A stretch of DNA of 64,000 bases from Bugula neritina (GCA_964035545.1 OZ037766.1:21130767-21194766), one strand, 5' to 3'; shown: positions 43,171-61,235, numbered from the stretch's first letter. Made by a program: numbers and translations. The notes: generated by a model from the sequence alone, not told the origin.

Positions 43171-46100
43171 ATGGGAAAAGACAGTATGTATAAAACCTCA
43201 ATTATTTTGAGTTGTACTGGTTTAAATACTTTTGATAGCAAGTTGTCTTTTTAAACATAATTGGTTGAGATATATGTCTTAATTTTTAATTGAAATATGA
43301 ATATTTTATTTTTAAATAACAAAGTTTTGAGTTTTTCTATAAGTTGGGAAAGGGTAAGATATATGTATTAATTTTTTCACTCAGTGTGTTCTTTATTTAA
43401 GTTAAAATCAGCTTCAAAGATATATTATGAATACGTTTGTATTTCTTTGACTGCTTTCTGTAGGTGAGGTCCCTTTGGAAGAAGGGCAAAATGCAGAAAA
43501 AGGTAGGTTGTTGATGAATAAGTGTAACTAGTTTGTTTACATGCTGACCATTCTATCAATGTACTAAAGAATATTGGAATACGTTTGATAGAGACAATCA
43601 GGACTGTGACAAAGCGCACTGGCTCTGTTAGGAAAACTTCAGCTGCCAAAAAGGTTAAACCCTCTCCTACTGCAAATGCCAAAAGTAAAAGTCGAAAAAG
43701 AAGTCCAGCAAAAGTTGACACACCAAAGCAGTTAGACAGTTCAGGAAACCAGCAAGGTGTGTAGTGTGCTAGTCTATTGATTTAAGTAAACGAGTGAATA
43801 GTGTTAACATCATTTCTAATAGCCTATTGTATCACAATATATACCTAAAGCTAGCTTCTGTAATTCCATGGGTCAATGTTTCACAACTTGCAATGGATAA
43901 CCTTTTGCATCAACTATGCCCGAGTATATTCTAGTGTGAGTATATTCTAGTGTGAGTATATTCTAGTGTGTGTTTAAAACTTCATTTCCATATACTCATT
44001 ACTGCAATAGATTTATTAAAACTCAATATGGGTCAATTTACTTTGTTTAGTACACGTCAGCAAGTTATGACCAAACATTAAAGTTTGCTCAAAGTTCATT
44101 GAAATTTACTATATGGGGTATTTTTATGTGCTGATTCTAATAAAACCTTAATTATTAAGCTTGTGTTTGTTACTATTCTATTATATTAAGACAAGAAATC
44201 ATATACATTAACTGGTAAATTGTGAAAAGTAGCTAAAAAATAGAGATATATAATGTGTACTAAATTAAATAAAATGACCTTCATCACTAAAACAGATTAT
44301 TGTCTGAGTGGAAGTTGGTTTCATAGATGTTTAATTTTGAGTTGTAAATCTAGAGAGAGTTTCTGAAAATGGCACGCCAGTGAGAACTGAGGCTAAAACT
44401 TCGAGTAAGATGAGTTTGGAAGAGAAACGAAAGGCGCTTCAAGCTGAAAGACTGCGCAAAGAGCAAGAAATGAAAGAACTTCTGGCTCAAGAAGAAGCCT
44501 TGTTGAAAGCCGCTGAAGAAGATGGTAATTTATAAATATACATGTGTACAAATAGGGGGAGAAGGAAAGAGAGGGGAGAGGGCAAATTTTATTCTATTCA
44601 TGTATCTACCTGCTAGAAATGAACAACTATCAAAAACTTGTATGCAGTAAAGTTCTTAAGCGAAGTAATGAAATGTTTATTTGTATCCAAGTGTTTATAT
44701 TTTGAACAGAAGAGATGAAAGTGGAAGACATAGAAGTTATGGAAACCAGTGCAGAATTGCCAGAAGATATTCTCAACCAAGATTCTTCTGAGATCCAGTA
44801 TGACACAAGAAGTGAGGCTGGTGGAAGCCACGAAGGTGACCAATCTAGGCAAGATGGTATGTATATATATTTGTTTTCTGTTCTAGTAACAAGATGACTA
44901 ATTCAGTACTTTTGGTTTGTTTTATTACAACTCTCATCAGATGTAATTTGAGGAGCTTTAGCTAATGCAATAGACTGTAGTTATATTACGAGGCTCTCAA
45001 TGTCGTTTTCTGATTAGCAATCATCAAAACTGATACTCAGTGTGATCTTTAACCGCTAATACATTTGCTCAAGAAAGTTTCTAAAATAATTGTCAGAAGT
45101 TGACACTTTTTTGGACAAACAAAGTTACAACAAACATTATTTAATCACATTAGAAGAATCACAGCATTCATTAATACTGAAATATGGTTTTAATATTGGG
45201 TAACAAAAACGCAAAAGAAAATACTTGTTTACTTAAAATGTCTTACAGGTCAGTTTTGCAAATTGTAGTTTACGTTGTGCAACTTTTTACGAGGCTATTT
45301 TATCAATTATTTGTTTTATGATTGTTATGTAACATAACTGTGGAGAAAAAGTTTTGTAGCTCCTTTTTTGTATATTATATAATAATATCTTTTGGAAACT
45401 TTGTGCTCAACTTCGTCGTTCTTAGTAATAAAAAACTTAAAATAAAACGAGAGTAAGCAATAATCAGTTGAAGTATATTTTGCAGAAGATTTTGAGTCAA
45501 TGGATGAAATGGCAGCTGATAGCTCGGATGTCAACCCATTAGGAGACTCTCTGGCCGATGAGGTTGAAGAAACCGAGGACTGTGCGCTAGATATGAAGGA
45601 GGAAGGCGGGCTGGCAGGTTTAGAAGGAGACGAGGACGAAGAGTTTACGGATTTTGGAGAAGAGGAGAAAGCAAAGGCCATTTCACCTGTGACTTGGGAC
45701 GTAGATGTCCATGCCAATCAAGATGATGATAATATTTCAGTGAGTTTGTAAAATCTGTGACTTAACCCCAAAAAAGTACGATATTTGCAGATATAAAAAC
45801 TGTTGGAAAATTTGCGTAATGTAATTCTGGTCTAAAAGCCTTTATATGCACACTAGCCAACATTCTAACACCAGCATGAACAGTTTCCCAGCAGTTTTAC
45901 ATTTTGTCTGTTTTGGCTCATTTTTGTGAAAAATGCAACTGTTTTTAATCATCACTTTTTTCTTTTCGGACTATCATACATTTTGCACATTCAAAAATTT
46001 ATAAATAATAGACATCTTTTAAACAGCCTAAACTGATTAGTTTGGCTGACTTAAAGTTACATATTGCTGTACTAACAATCTGTGCAATACTAAGCTCTAA

Positions 46101-49100
46101 CTGTGTTAAAACAGGTGCAAAAAATTTCTCTCTATTTAATACAAAGAATTTTGTCAGCAAGAAAATTAGTTAAAAGCATGGTGTCTCAATATATTGTTTA
46201 TTATATTCAGTTTTTGTGACGGTCGGTTTTAATGGAAACATTCAAATGTGCACATGCTTTTGGAACAACTAACAGCATGGCGACATGTCCTTTACGTAGA
46301 TTATGTGAAAGCTGGTATGTTTTATCTGCAGGTTGATTCGCCTCTCAACTCCGGAGATGAGTCAGAAGCCAATGATGAAGAGGACACAAAGGAACCCGAG
46401 AAATCCGACTCGTCTGAAAAAGTTGAGGAGACGCCCCCTGCTACTTCCGAGCAAGCAAAGTCTGGGAGACAATCGGCGCACAGTCGACTCTCCCTGGATG
46501 TGATAAACGAGAGAGCAGAGCAAAGTGTGAGACAACTCTAAATATGTAATGGTTTTCATATGTAATGGTACAGTACTGGTAGGTGACTACTGGCCTAGTA
46601 CTTGTTCACCTTCAAGGCTGGTCACCTATTCGCAGCCGAGTAACATACGGCTATGTAAGTTCTTTTCTAATCTTCATCCTAAGGAAAATCTGTGTTCTCT
46701 CAAACTCTTTAGTTGGACTCACTCATGGTGGTTTACTCAAACTAGTGCAATACTTAGAGCTAGCTTTGAATGTTAGCAAAGGTCACCCGTACTGTATTAT
46801 ACTGTTTACTGCGAGAATGCTTAGCAAAACTAATTGCCAGTTATAAATGTTGATAGCACATTTTTATTTACTATTTAAATTGTTTTTGTTTCCCGCCACC
46901 CGCGCAAGACCATGGCGGTGAAAGGTGGCCAATTGAATTGTTTTTATTTGTATAGAAAGGGGCAGACGCAGCAGAACTCTTGCGACCTCGTGTTCACAAG
47001 TACCTCTACAGAGAAGCCAAGTACTTTATGGTTAAAAGTAGTAACCACGAGAACGTGAGGCTAGCTAAAGCTAAGGGTGTCTGGTCTACACCTCCTCAAA
47101 ACGAGATCAGATTTAATAAAGCTGTTGAGGTAAGATAACAGTGGTCTGCTCATTTTACTTTAGTGTGCTGTTTTTCTTTTGTTGCTCGATTCTATAAAAA
47201 TTTAGAGCCATGTATGCCCCTGGACCACTATAAACTAGATATTATAAATTGTTTATATGGTTTTGACTTTTGAAAACATGATTTTTTTTATAAATTTATA
47301 TGATCTAAACAGTAAAAACTACTAATAAAGTTGCTTACCTTTTTAATTGTTGCTGGTCTATAATTCCTGGTAGCCACTTTCTGACCAGAGTTGTTGGGAC
47401 GACACATGTTTAGGGCAGTATGGTTAACAGCTATTCTCACAATGTTTTGCTATTGGGATGTGAGAATGTGCGAGTCCCTACACATCTAACCAGGTAGTGT
47501 CTGAGAGTTATGGGTTCGTTGCTCCATGTTGTAGGAGAATACTACAGTCATTTTGGTCTTCTCTGTCAAAGAGAGCGGCGCCTTTCAAGGATTTGCTCGA
47601 ATCAACGGACCATCTCAAAAGGATGGCCCGAAGATAGCTTGGGTTCTACCCCCTGGTATCAGTGCAAAGGCGCTGAGTGGGGTCTTTAAGCTTGATTGGA
47701 TTAGCAGGTATGCCTCATCAATGTGCAGCTGGTTTGATTGAGTAATCTTTTGATGTGGTGTACAATTCAGAGTCTTCAATTCAGGTAGTACAGTTGCCAG
47801 GGTGCAAATATTGTGTAGTTGATGGTATGGTCACAACTGACCATAGTGCTACTCACTATTGTATAAAGTCCATGTAATGTATTAGTTATTAGTGCTACTC
47901 ACTATTGCATAGAGTCCATGTAATGTATTAGTTATTAGTGCTACTCACTATTGCATAGAGTCCATGTAATGTATTAGTTATTAGTGCTACTCACTATTGC
48001 ATAGAGTCCATGTAATGTATTAGTTATTAGTGCTACTCACTATTGTATAGAGTCCATATTATGTATTAGTTATTAGTGCTGTGTGACATTACAGGACGGA
48101 TTTGGAGTTTCCTAAAGCAGCTCATCTTCGTAACCCTTGGAATCAGAATAAACCTGTTAAAATAGCTCGTGATGGACAGGTGATTATGTTCATTTCTCAC
48201 TGCCTTTTTCTTCAGAGTGTCTGTTTGCACTGAGTAAATGGGTGTGGTTTACTCTCAATACTCAGTATCTGCTCCTGTTTATAGGAGATAGAAACTTACG
48301 TAGGAGAGGCGCTGTGTAAGCTATTCACTCTGGACGGATCGAGCGACTACGAGCGAGTCATATCTCGAGTAAAAAGGAAGAGAGAAGCTCTGCAGGCCAA
48401 GGGTCCGATCCCTCACAGCCGACCTCCTTATAGGTTAGGTATCAGAGAGAACGAAGCTTGAGGTTGCGTTGCTCTCGTGTCAAGGTCAAATATAGAGCTG
48501 GGCACCTGCTCTGGTCTGCTCAGCGATGCGACGAGTAATTTGAAAGCAGCTCCACTCTTTATTGCAAATTGTATTTGCATTTATTTTGCCAAAAAAATAT
48601 ATTTGCTTTTTATTACGTAGATATGCAGCTGCAAGGCCCCTGTGCCACTCTGTCAGCTAATGAACGCTCTGTAGATTGGACGTTTTGTTGAAAATATTTG
48701 AGATGGAAATCATTCTTAAGGCAGTTTTAAAAGTTCTGTAGTCTAAATGTAATGAGGGACTTTGAGCTAGTAACCCGTAGATCTACATTTATACAGGCCA
48801 GTGGAAATGTCTGTCTGTTCCAACCTATTCTATCTATATAGTGATGTCACCACCAACTTGTATCATTGTGTATGCGGTGTTATACAAAGGACTTTGGAGA
48901 TAGTTGTATACTTATGGTGTAGCAAAAGACTTTCTGGTATATATACTAGTACATGGTGTTGTTCTACAATTAGGATTTGGAAAGGACTTATTGGTAGTTA
49001 TATACAATAATTTTACACATGAGGTATTAGGAAGGACTCATGTGTAAGCCTGTATATTTATAGATGAACTTTTCAGTTTATTAGGTGACATGTTGTACAT

Positions 49101-52100
49101 CTAGGGTCATACAAGAGACTACCAGTTGTATATGCTAAGTCATACGCTCTTTATGCTGATGCCACCTTACATGCTTCTGGTTGCACATGTAAAAAGAAAC
49201 ATTGTGTTAGCTTTAAGGTTTATTTCACTGGACAATGAACTGTATTAGATGCAGTAAACCTGCATCATATTAATAGATAGGTTACAAAAATTTGCCATCT
49301 TTTAACTACTCAAGAAAATGAACTGTATGACACAGCTTATGAGTCTAAAAGCCTAAAAGTTCATAAATGGTATGGACACTCTGCCACCATCCCTATTATC
49401 TCTGTCTATTGGTTTTTACCTGCGATTTGAATGCTGTAACTACGGTATGTTCTTATGTTCCCAAACCCATTCTCATATGTGATGAAATTGCAGATTTATC
49501 TTATCAACCCTTTGTGTATAAACAGGAGTTGTGTACACCTGTCTAGTGTAAGATATCGGAGGCATACAGTGTTGCCAATAAGTATGTAATATTTGGTGTT
49601 GCATAATATTCAAGCACATTATTTCAACGAGCTATACTTGTTCCTGGTTTGCTCATGTCTTTCTTTATGGAGGCTGTTGCCATGTATTTTTGAAAGAAAA
49701 GCAATAATTGCGTAGCTGGTAGATATAATGAACTTAAGCAAATATTGCTAACTTATTGCCAACACTGTATTTACAGAATTGAAATATGTACTGATAAATA
49801 TGCAACTGCAATGTTTTGCTTTAAATTTAAAACCTCTGCAGAGTAGTAGAATATTGTTTCCCGGTGTTGATATTTCCCTCCTGTAATAATAGTTGCTGTT
49901 AAGACCATGTAACCATGATACATGAAGCTATAAAAAATAGTTGTAAAAGTTGCTCAAAATTATCGTAAAATAGCGTGTGTTCTCTGCAAATAGTAGTTGT
50001 CACTTGTAACTAGCAATGCCGTGAACATGGTCTAGCTATTTAGCAATAAGAGAGTTCCATATTTGGACTTTTATAATGTAATGCAGGCTAAACTCCGGTC
50101 ACAGTAATCATCCTCATTCCAGCCAATCGCAGCCTCATATTAGAAGCAGTTACTCTGATCAACGAGGTAGAGGGAGAGATGGGTCGGGGTACCGGGGCCG
50201 AGGGGGTTCTAGTAATAGGGGTGGACCTATGAGAGGGGGTTATCGAGGCGGACCCCCTCCTCATTCTCCTGCATATTCTGCTCGTCCAAACCCTGCCCCT
50301 CACCACCATTCATCACCGTCTCAAAATTATTATATGTCAAGTGGGCGAAGCTCTTATGGTAGCAGGAACAGCTATGGTCCAGGTACTGTATCTTTATAAG
50401 GTTGCTATCGTTTTGTTTATGTTTTGATATCCCTGGTGTAAGTTTCACACAATCTAGTTACTTTGTGTTGACAGCCTCGTCGTACCAGCAGTCGCCATTG
50501 CCATCTTACCACACCTCCGTGCCTCCGGTCTCAACTGAGATATTTGTTAAAGGGGTAAGTGATTTGTAAATGTTTATGCTCTGAGTCCGCATGTCTACAA
50601 CACAGTTAACGTTCTATTCACTTGTTAAGTTGTTCTTTTTTGTTTTGTTTTGCATGTTTAGTCTTACGAGCAGTATCTCGACCAGATGAGCAGATCTGCC
50701 ATGGTGCCTGATCTAAGGAGTCCAATGGTGAGTAGACAACTCTAAGTATAATTAGAGGAGTTCAAAGTCATGTGTTTTTAGAGCTCATTATCTTACATAG
50801 CCGTATGAAATACAAAAAGAATCGCCTTAATAACGGCTTGCATTTTATAAATCACTCAACTTTGTTATTAACAGCAGACCTTTCACTAATAGTTGATTCT
50901 GTGCTAGACATTTTTATGCCAATATCGTTTAAGAGTTGCACAGTTTCATTTCACATTTTGGTTACATCTTAATGGTCTTTTTTTCTAATTTTGTAGTGAT
51001 AAGAGATGATAACTCTACTAGTGAGAAGTAATGACATTATTTTGTAGCTATTTGCCATGCCAAGGGCAAGACACTTAACTCATCAGGTTGTCTTAAGCCA
51101 ACATGTTTGTTTGTTTCTCCTGTAGCCAATGTATGACCCATACTCGGCATCTTACCACACAGGAAGTCGGGATGCTCCCCCGCCCCCTCCTATTCCATCC
51201 TACTCTTCCAGTAGAGACAGAGAGAGAGGGGGTAGACCTAGTGTGGACAAGGTATGTTTGTATATAATTATATTTTTTTACAGTTTCATTCCCATATTAG
51301 TGTATAAAGTTTAGCCCAGTAACTAAATACTAACAATTGTTTTGTTTTTTTCAATTGACCAGTTTTAGTGAATATTCATGTCGGTTAGCATCAGAAGGAA
51401 CTCAAAAACCTGTGTTCTTAGCAGGCAGTTAATATTTTGATGGTAGAGCTCACTGTTCTACTCTGTTAGGCTTGCTGCACCAACCCAGCTTAGTGAATGG
51501 CAACAGGTGGAAGGTTCCCTGCCCTTAGCATTTATACATATAAGCTCAACCCTAATTTATAGCTCAACCCTTTAATGCCTTTTCCAGTAAACAAGCACAT
51601 TCAATTATGCTAGTGTAATTGGTCCTAAGTTTTTTACACTGCACCATTGTTGAGGTTCTACCACTTGAGAAAATTGAATTTTTCTTGGATTTGCTAGAAC
51701 CTACATGTATATTCATGAGCAAATGATATTCATCCAACAGTAAAGCGGGAAGAAGTACTAGTTGTACAAAATATCAGAAGATTTGCGGTTTGTGTGGGCT
51801 CTATTGTTGCACTAGCTGACTAGCACATACACATGTAGCACTGTTGGTGTCTACGTTTATCTTCTTATTTCATCCAAGAAAATTCTAAGAATCCAAACTA
51901 TCATAAATCACCCAAGTCTTTTCAAGTAACCACATTATAGTCTTTTGTGATGCAATTTTCAGCCTCATTGTGATTTTTTCAACTGTGTAAGTCTTGGGTT
52001 GTTCTGACTGTGCAGTGATTATCCCCCCTCTCTTTATGTCGATAGACCTGTGATCCAAACACTGTAAAGGTTTTTAATCAGTGCAGGCAAATCAGTGTGT

Positions 52101-52675
52101 ATAGCATGAGAAACAATTTGTCTGCAATGATTTATGTTATGTTTAGAGTAAGTGATGTAGCTGTACAATAATACTTGTTAATATGGTGTAAGTCAACAAA
52201 GTTTATATAACTCTAGTTCACATGCTATATAGTATGGTATTACACAGTTTATAATGTGATAGTGCATGTGCTATATTATGCTAGTTCATGTGCTTTATTG
52301 TGATATTACACATGCCATAGTATGTTAGTATACATGCTATAGTATGCTAGTACATGTGCTATAGTATGGTATTACGCATGCTATTGTATGGTATTACATA
52401 TGCTATATTGTGATAGTACGCATGCTATGATATGATAGTACACATGCTATAATGTCATAGTGCGTGTGGTTGCTATAGTCTAATTGTTGTTATAGTATGA
52501 CAGAGCTGTTGAGGATTTCCTTCGGCGTACCTCGGGGAGTAGTAGTGGCAGAACTGGCCGAGGTGTAGACAGCAGGCATAAAAGTCGAGAAGTAAGAGAA
52601 GTTCGAGAGTACAGGGGAAGAAGCAGATCGAGAGAAAGATATGAGAGAGAAAGACACCGAGGTGATCGAAGGTAG
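43171..52675 (+). CDS. YTHDC1: Nuclear m6A reader YTH domain-containing protein 1
   Basis: Exons 43171-43183, 43464-43502, 43592-43756, 44354-44524, 44710-44856, 45486-45739, 46332-46526, 46956-47129, 47535-47707, 48095-48179, 48285-48433, 50087-50382, 50475-50554, 50662-50727, 51126-51251, 52496-52675. YTH motifs [61 protein letters not shown]; YTHDC1-type IFVKGSYEQY and [12 protein letters not shown]; acidic N-terminus, R/E-rich tail. Confidence 0.94.
43922..43969. repeat. 3 x 16-bp tandem repeat
   Basis: gagtatattctagtgt x3. Confidence 0.85.
47844..48080. repeat. 46-bp minisatellite, 5 copies plus a partial copy, in a YTHDC1 intron
   Basis: tagtgctactcactattgYatagagtccatgtaatgtattagttat starting at 47844, 47890, 47936, 47982, 48028, 48074. 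Confidence 0.95.
49567..49767. mobile_element. Tc1/mariner-type MITE (~200 bp)
   Basis: TIRs cagtgttgccaataagt / acttattgccaacactg (1 mismatch), TA on both sides. Confidence 0.8.
52215..52478. repeat. Degenerate ~22-bp minisatellite upstream of the last YTHDC1 exon
   Basis: Recurrent catgctatagtatg / tagtacacatgctat units. Confidence 0.75.
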
Positions 52676-54403
52676 CCTCACTGTGTCTAGTCAAGAGCGT
52701 TCTGTAACAAGAAGAGCTTGAGCACCGAACACACACTTCAGAATATTATGCACTAACATTTTTGTTTCCTCAAAACATCATGTTATTTTTCCAGTGATAT
52801 TTTTATTGCTGAAATTTGGCACGAGTGCTGTGTTATGCACTGGTCACTCTGTATATTTTTAGTCATTCTGCATGGTAAATGCTATACTATAGGTGTTGTT
52901 TCAGGCTTGATGATATTTTAATAGGGTTAGTGTAAATACTGGATGTTTACTTGTATATAGTTTCATGGAAGATAGAAGTGTTGTCACTTATATTGTATGA
53001 TTTCTGTTCAAAAATACACAATACTTGATATAATCCAACATAATGTATTACATTGGCAATCTTGCCTATTCACATGTTGGAATGCAAGCAGTAGGGTGAA
53101 TACAATAGTAATTTATTATTAAAAAGGATAATCATTTGAATATCACATTGCAATAATCTAAGTTGATTAAGTATAAGCATTGCACCTGCTGGCTTGCTAT
53201 TTGTTAGTTACCTTCATTCAATGTCTACATGCTACAGTGGCTAAAAACTAACTCCACCTGATTTGTGGTGTACTAAAACCATTACTTTGGTTGCTACAGT
53301 ACATTAATAATACTGTCAGTGCCTGGTTGACAGTTGTTGAGTAACATTTGCTTGAGTAGGCTAGTCACTTGCAGCATGTTGACCAGCCACTACTGCTACA
53401 TGCACAGTAAATATACTCTTATGGGAATTCCATCTTTGTATTTTGTCTTTTATTGATTATACCCATATATAGTTTAAGTTACAATTAAATGACAATAATA
53501 TAGCTTATCTATGGGTGTGCTTTAACTGATGATAGAATGGATACCTAATCTATCCAAATTTAATGGACTGTACATGTTTTAATTTGCTTGTTTGACTTTA
53601 TTACCAATTATTGGGTGCTCTACAGTTACTTTATTCTTCACTATAATGTGCTTTACACGCATGATAGAACATTTTGGCAAAAAGTTATTTTAAAACTGAG
53701 TTAGCTGCTACAAAAAACACATTGGTTAGTAATAACTTTGGCTAACTTTCTCTGTCATAAGTATTTCTGACTATGCTGGTATTGTGATTATAAATTAGCA
53801 ATAATTTGTGTTGTACAGTAAGTTAACAAATATGCACAGCATAACACTGAAGAACAATGCTGAGCTGATGAAGTACAATGTTACATATTTGCAGCTGCTG
53901 TAATATTGAAACCAGGCTGCCTTATCAAAATGCTTTGATCTCACCAGGTGTGACGCCATAAACATTTATTGCCATGTAAAAAAGATGATTTACTGCATCT
54001 AGCCAACTAAGCTCTAAAATTTTTGTTTGTAAGACTTGCTGACATATTGGTATGCTTTGTGTTTACTATAGCTGAAAACATTGAGTGCGATCTCTAACAT
54101 CCCTCATAATATACAGTCACCTCCATCTACAAACTCTAATTACATTCGTTTCTTTAATATAAAGAAACGAGGAACTGGTTATTATCAGTACCTTACAGTA
54201 GATATTCACTGCTGGTGAATAAAAAGAAGGATATCGCATATCTAGCTGAGCCACGCGGCATTGTGGATCGTTGCAGCACACCAGCGTGAGCTGACTACAC
54301 CAAGTTAAAAAGGTCAACGAAGACACTAATAGAGTGAACACTGCCTGCAGGGCAACACAGACATGGGGGAGTGACTCGCTGATGCTTGATCTCTACACTA
54401 AAT

Positions 54404-55135
54404 ATGATGGGTACTTCTTCGTCAAATGTGATGGGGTATTATACTCTTCTATTAACTTTATCAGCTAGTTCAGCTTGCTTGTTGAAAGAACACACCATAA
54501 GTTTAGAGGAAAACCCTCAAATTTTAACTTCGACTATAAGCTTTGCTCCATCTGAACACACCCTAGTTTTAAAGTGTCTTGGGGTGAATTTTAGCCTTAA
54601 AAAGTGGACCACTGATGACTCAATTCATGGATTTACAGTTGAAGAACTGTCTACAGACCAACTGAGTCTTCAGTTACCTTGTAAGTCAGTTAAGACTTGC
54701 AACAAAATAAGCCTAGTTTGCAGCGGCACTCCAGTTAATGGAAGTGGTCATATTGAAGTGAACGTTGTTCTTCTGCCACAATGCGATGAACTTACAAACA
54801 AAACTAGTCTTCTAAACTCTTCTGAAGTCACAGAACGAACTGAAAAGCCTTGGAACATCTCGGATATGAAGTACCTGGGTGTGATAATAGGATTCTCTGT
54901 GTGCTTCATCCTTGCTCTTATTAGTGCACTTATAGTCTGCATACAGAAGAAGTGTCACATCAGACAGTGGTCCAGGTTGTGTGGCTGTACAGGGTACGAG
55001 GCCACTCGAAGCCAAGACGATTATCATACCAGTCAGAACCGTAAGGTAGGACCTATACCAATGCTTGGCTTTGTCAGTCGAAGTAGCCACTCTGCCCAAC
55101 AGAATCAAAAGAGCAGTGCTATGCATGAGTTATAA
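54404..55135 (+). CDS. Uncharacterised type I membrane protein with intronless CDS
   Basis: ~243-aa ORF in AT-rich DNA; hydrophobic N-terminus (YYTLLLTLSASSA), Cys-containing ectodomain with N-glycosylation sequons, TM LGVIIGFSVCFILALISALIVCI, basic stop-transfer, Tyr-containing tail; AATAAA at 55593. Confidence 0.65.
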   Translation: MMGTSSSNVMGYYTLLLTLSASSACLLKEHTISLEENPQILTSTISFAPSEHTLVLKCLGVNFSLKKWTTDDSIHGFTVEELSTDQLSLQLPCKSVKTCNKISLVCSGTPVNGSGHIEVNVVLLPQCDELTNKTSLLNSSEVTERTEKPWNISDMKYLGVIIGFSVCFILALISALIVCIQKKCHIRQWSRLCGCTGYEATRSQDDYHTSQNRKVGPIPMLGFVSRSSHSAQQNQKSSAMHEL

Positions 55136-55865
55136 GGAACTTTGGTCTGTATGAAATGAAAGAATTATCAAGCTTCACATAATCATCATATATCATGATA
55201 GAATCTGCATATGACAATCGTGCATGGACATAACGTCAGTATGTAGAATCTATTTTCAGGTATTTACATGGCTCAGTAGGCTTACCATTAGATTACAAAT
55301 TCACAATGTACATATTTATATTATATTTATATAGCCAAGTTACTACTATGCATAGCTTCAAAGACCTTGCAAGGTCATTCGCAGCCACTCCATCGGAAAT
55401 TAAATTTTGTAAAGTTGCACTTTCTAAATATAATTTGTATTGATTAGCAATATATTAGCTACAAGTATGTGCTAGCACTATAATATTAATGCTTGTTTTT
55501 ATTATAAATAGTTTTTGTCTACTGTATATACAATAGGAATTAAGGTGTCAAACTGTTGACAAATAGCTAATTGGTGAAGGAAGGTTATTAATAATAAATT
55601 CATTGAAATCTCGAGACATGTGTAGTATGGGGAACATATTTATTACAACTTGGCATTACTGAATACATATTACAGACAAAACTGCAATGTGCAGCTGTTC
55701 CATATCATGCTCAGTCATTTGAGTGCAGCATAGAAAGACTTCAATATAGCCTAAGTCATCTAATTTCAGTTTAGGGTGCAATTGAAAATCTAGAGAAACC
55801 ATACTTTTTCTTTATTATTTCCTACCTAGATTGCAGGCTTTTCCAAGGTTACTGCAGAGACTAAA

Positions 55866-60237
<4,372 letters not shown>

Positions 60238-60779
60238 AACTCAACACGAAACCGAATAGAACTGGCTTTTTATTAATCATAAACGTGTATACAAGTAGTT
60301 TCATTTTTAATAAATTGAGGCCTTGAAGTTGATGAACTATTTTATTTTAGTATTACTATTACTAATACTCCTACTGTAATAGCAATGACAAAATTAAGAT
60401 ATCTACTTCTAGTAGTAGTTCTACTAGTAGTAATAGTAATACTGATTGTTCTACTGATACTTATAGTTATACTCTTATACTTATAGTTATACTCATACTC
60501 ATACTGATGCTATCAATGATACTGATAGTCATAGTGATACTGATAGTGATACTGATGACTGATGAGTGATGAATGATGAGTGGTCTGATACTTATACTGA
60601 TACTCATACTGATAGTGATAGTGATGAATGATGAGTGGTCTGATACTCATAGTCATACTGATACTCATACTGATAGTGATAGCAAAACTAACTCAAAATG
60701 AAATTGTAATACTAATACTATACTAATACTAATACTAAACTGTCTAACAGATATATACTAAGTCTGCATGATATTCATA

Positions 60780-61235
60780 TATAGCTGGTTCAGAACAGCG
60801 CCATACGGTTCATAAGCAATATGAAGGAACGCGCTGACAGTGTATCTGAGGCGAGGGATGAGTCAAGACTCCGGTCGCTGGAAAACAGACGAAAAAATCA
60901 TCGACTGTTTACTGACCCAAATTCTTCAAAATGAGGATCAACACCAATCTCTATCTAGAGCCTATGACGAGATTATTGAAGACAGGGAGCTTGTAACTGT
61001 AACCACTCGAGCGGCTGCCAGAGTAGAGCTTGTCTCTATATCATCTAGGAAAAACGTATTCCACAATAGTTTTCTGCCACGAACAATTCGTGAAATGCGC
61101 GGAGAATATAATAACTAATTACAAAACGGCAAATGCTGTAACAATGCTAACCTTGGTCTAATGTAAGTTGTAACTAGAGGCTTTCCTATAGACTCTCAAA
61201 TTGCTGCGGAAGTCCTACCTCAACTGAGGTAATAA
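60780..61235 (+). mobile_element. 3'-end fragment of a CR1-group LINE
   Basis: LVQNSAIRFI..FHNSFLPRTIRE C-terminus, homologous to 62085-62395; ends in gaggtaataa. Confidence 0.75.

Noticed and set aside
45325-45717. Antisense ORFs over YTHDC1, ERI1, GRL and LINE exons listed in the ORF track
   Set aside because: Shadow ORFs of real coding sequence on the opposite strand
47844-48080. Regular repeat array as CRISPR
   Set aside because: No unique spacers, eukaryotic intron, no cas genes
54117-54385. GC-richer segment with EGYRISS*ATRHCG, vaguely sushi-like; minus-strand 74-aa ORF
   Set aside because: Stops interrupt the plus frames and there is no convincing domain; treated as probable 5' UTR
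60566-60645. GTGATGA..CTGA repeated twice, like C/D snoRNA boxes
   Set aside because: Only ~23 nt from box C to box D, and embedded in low-complexity repeat
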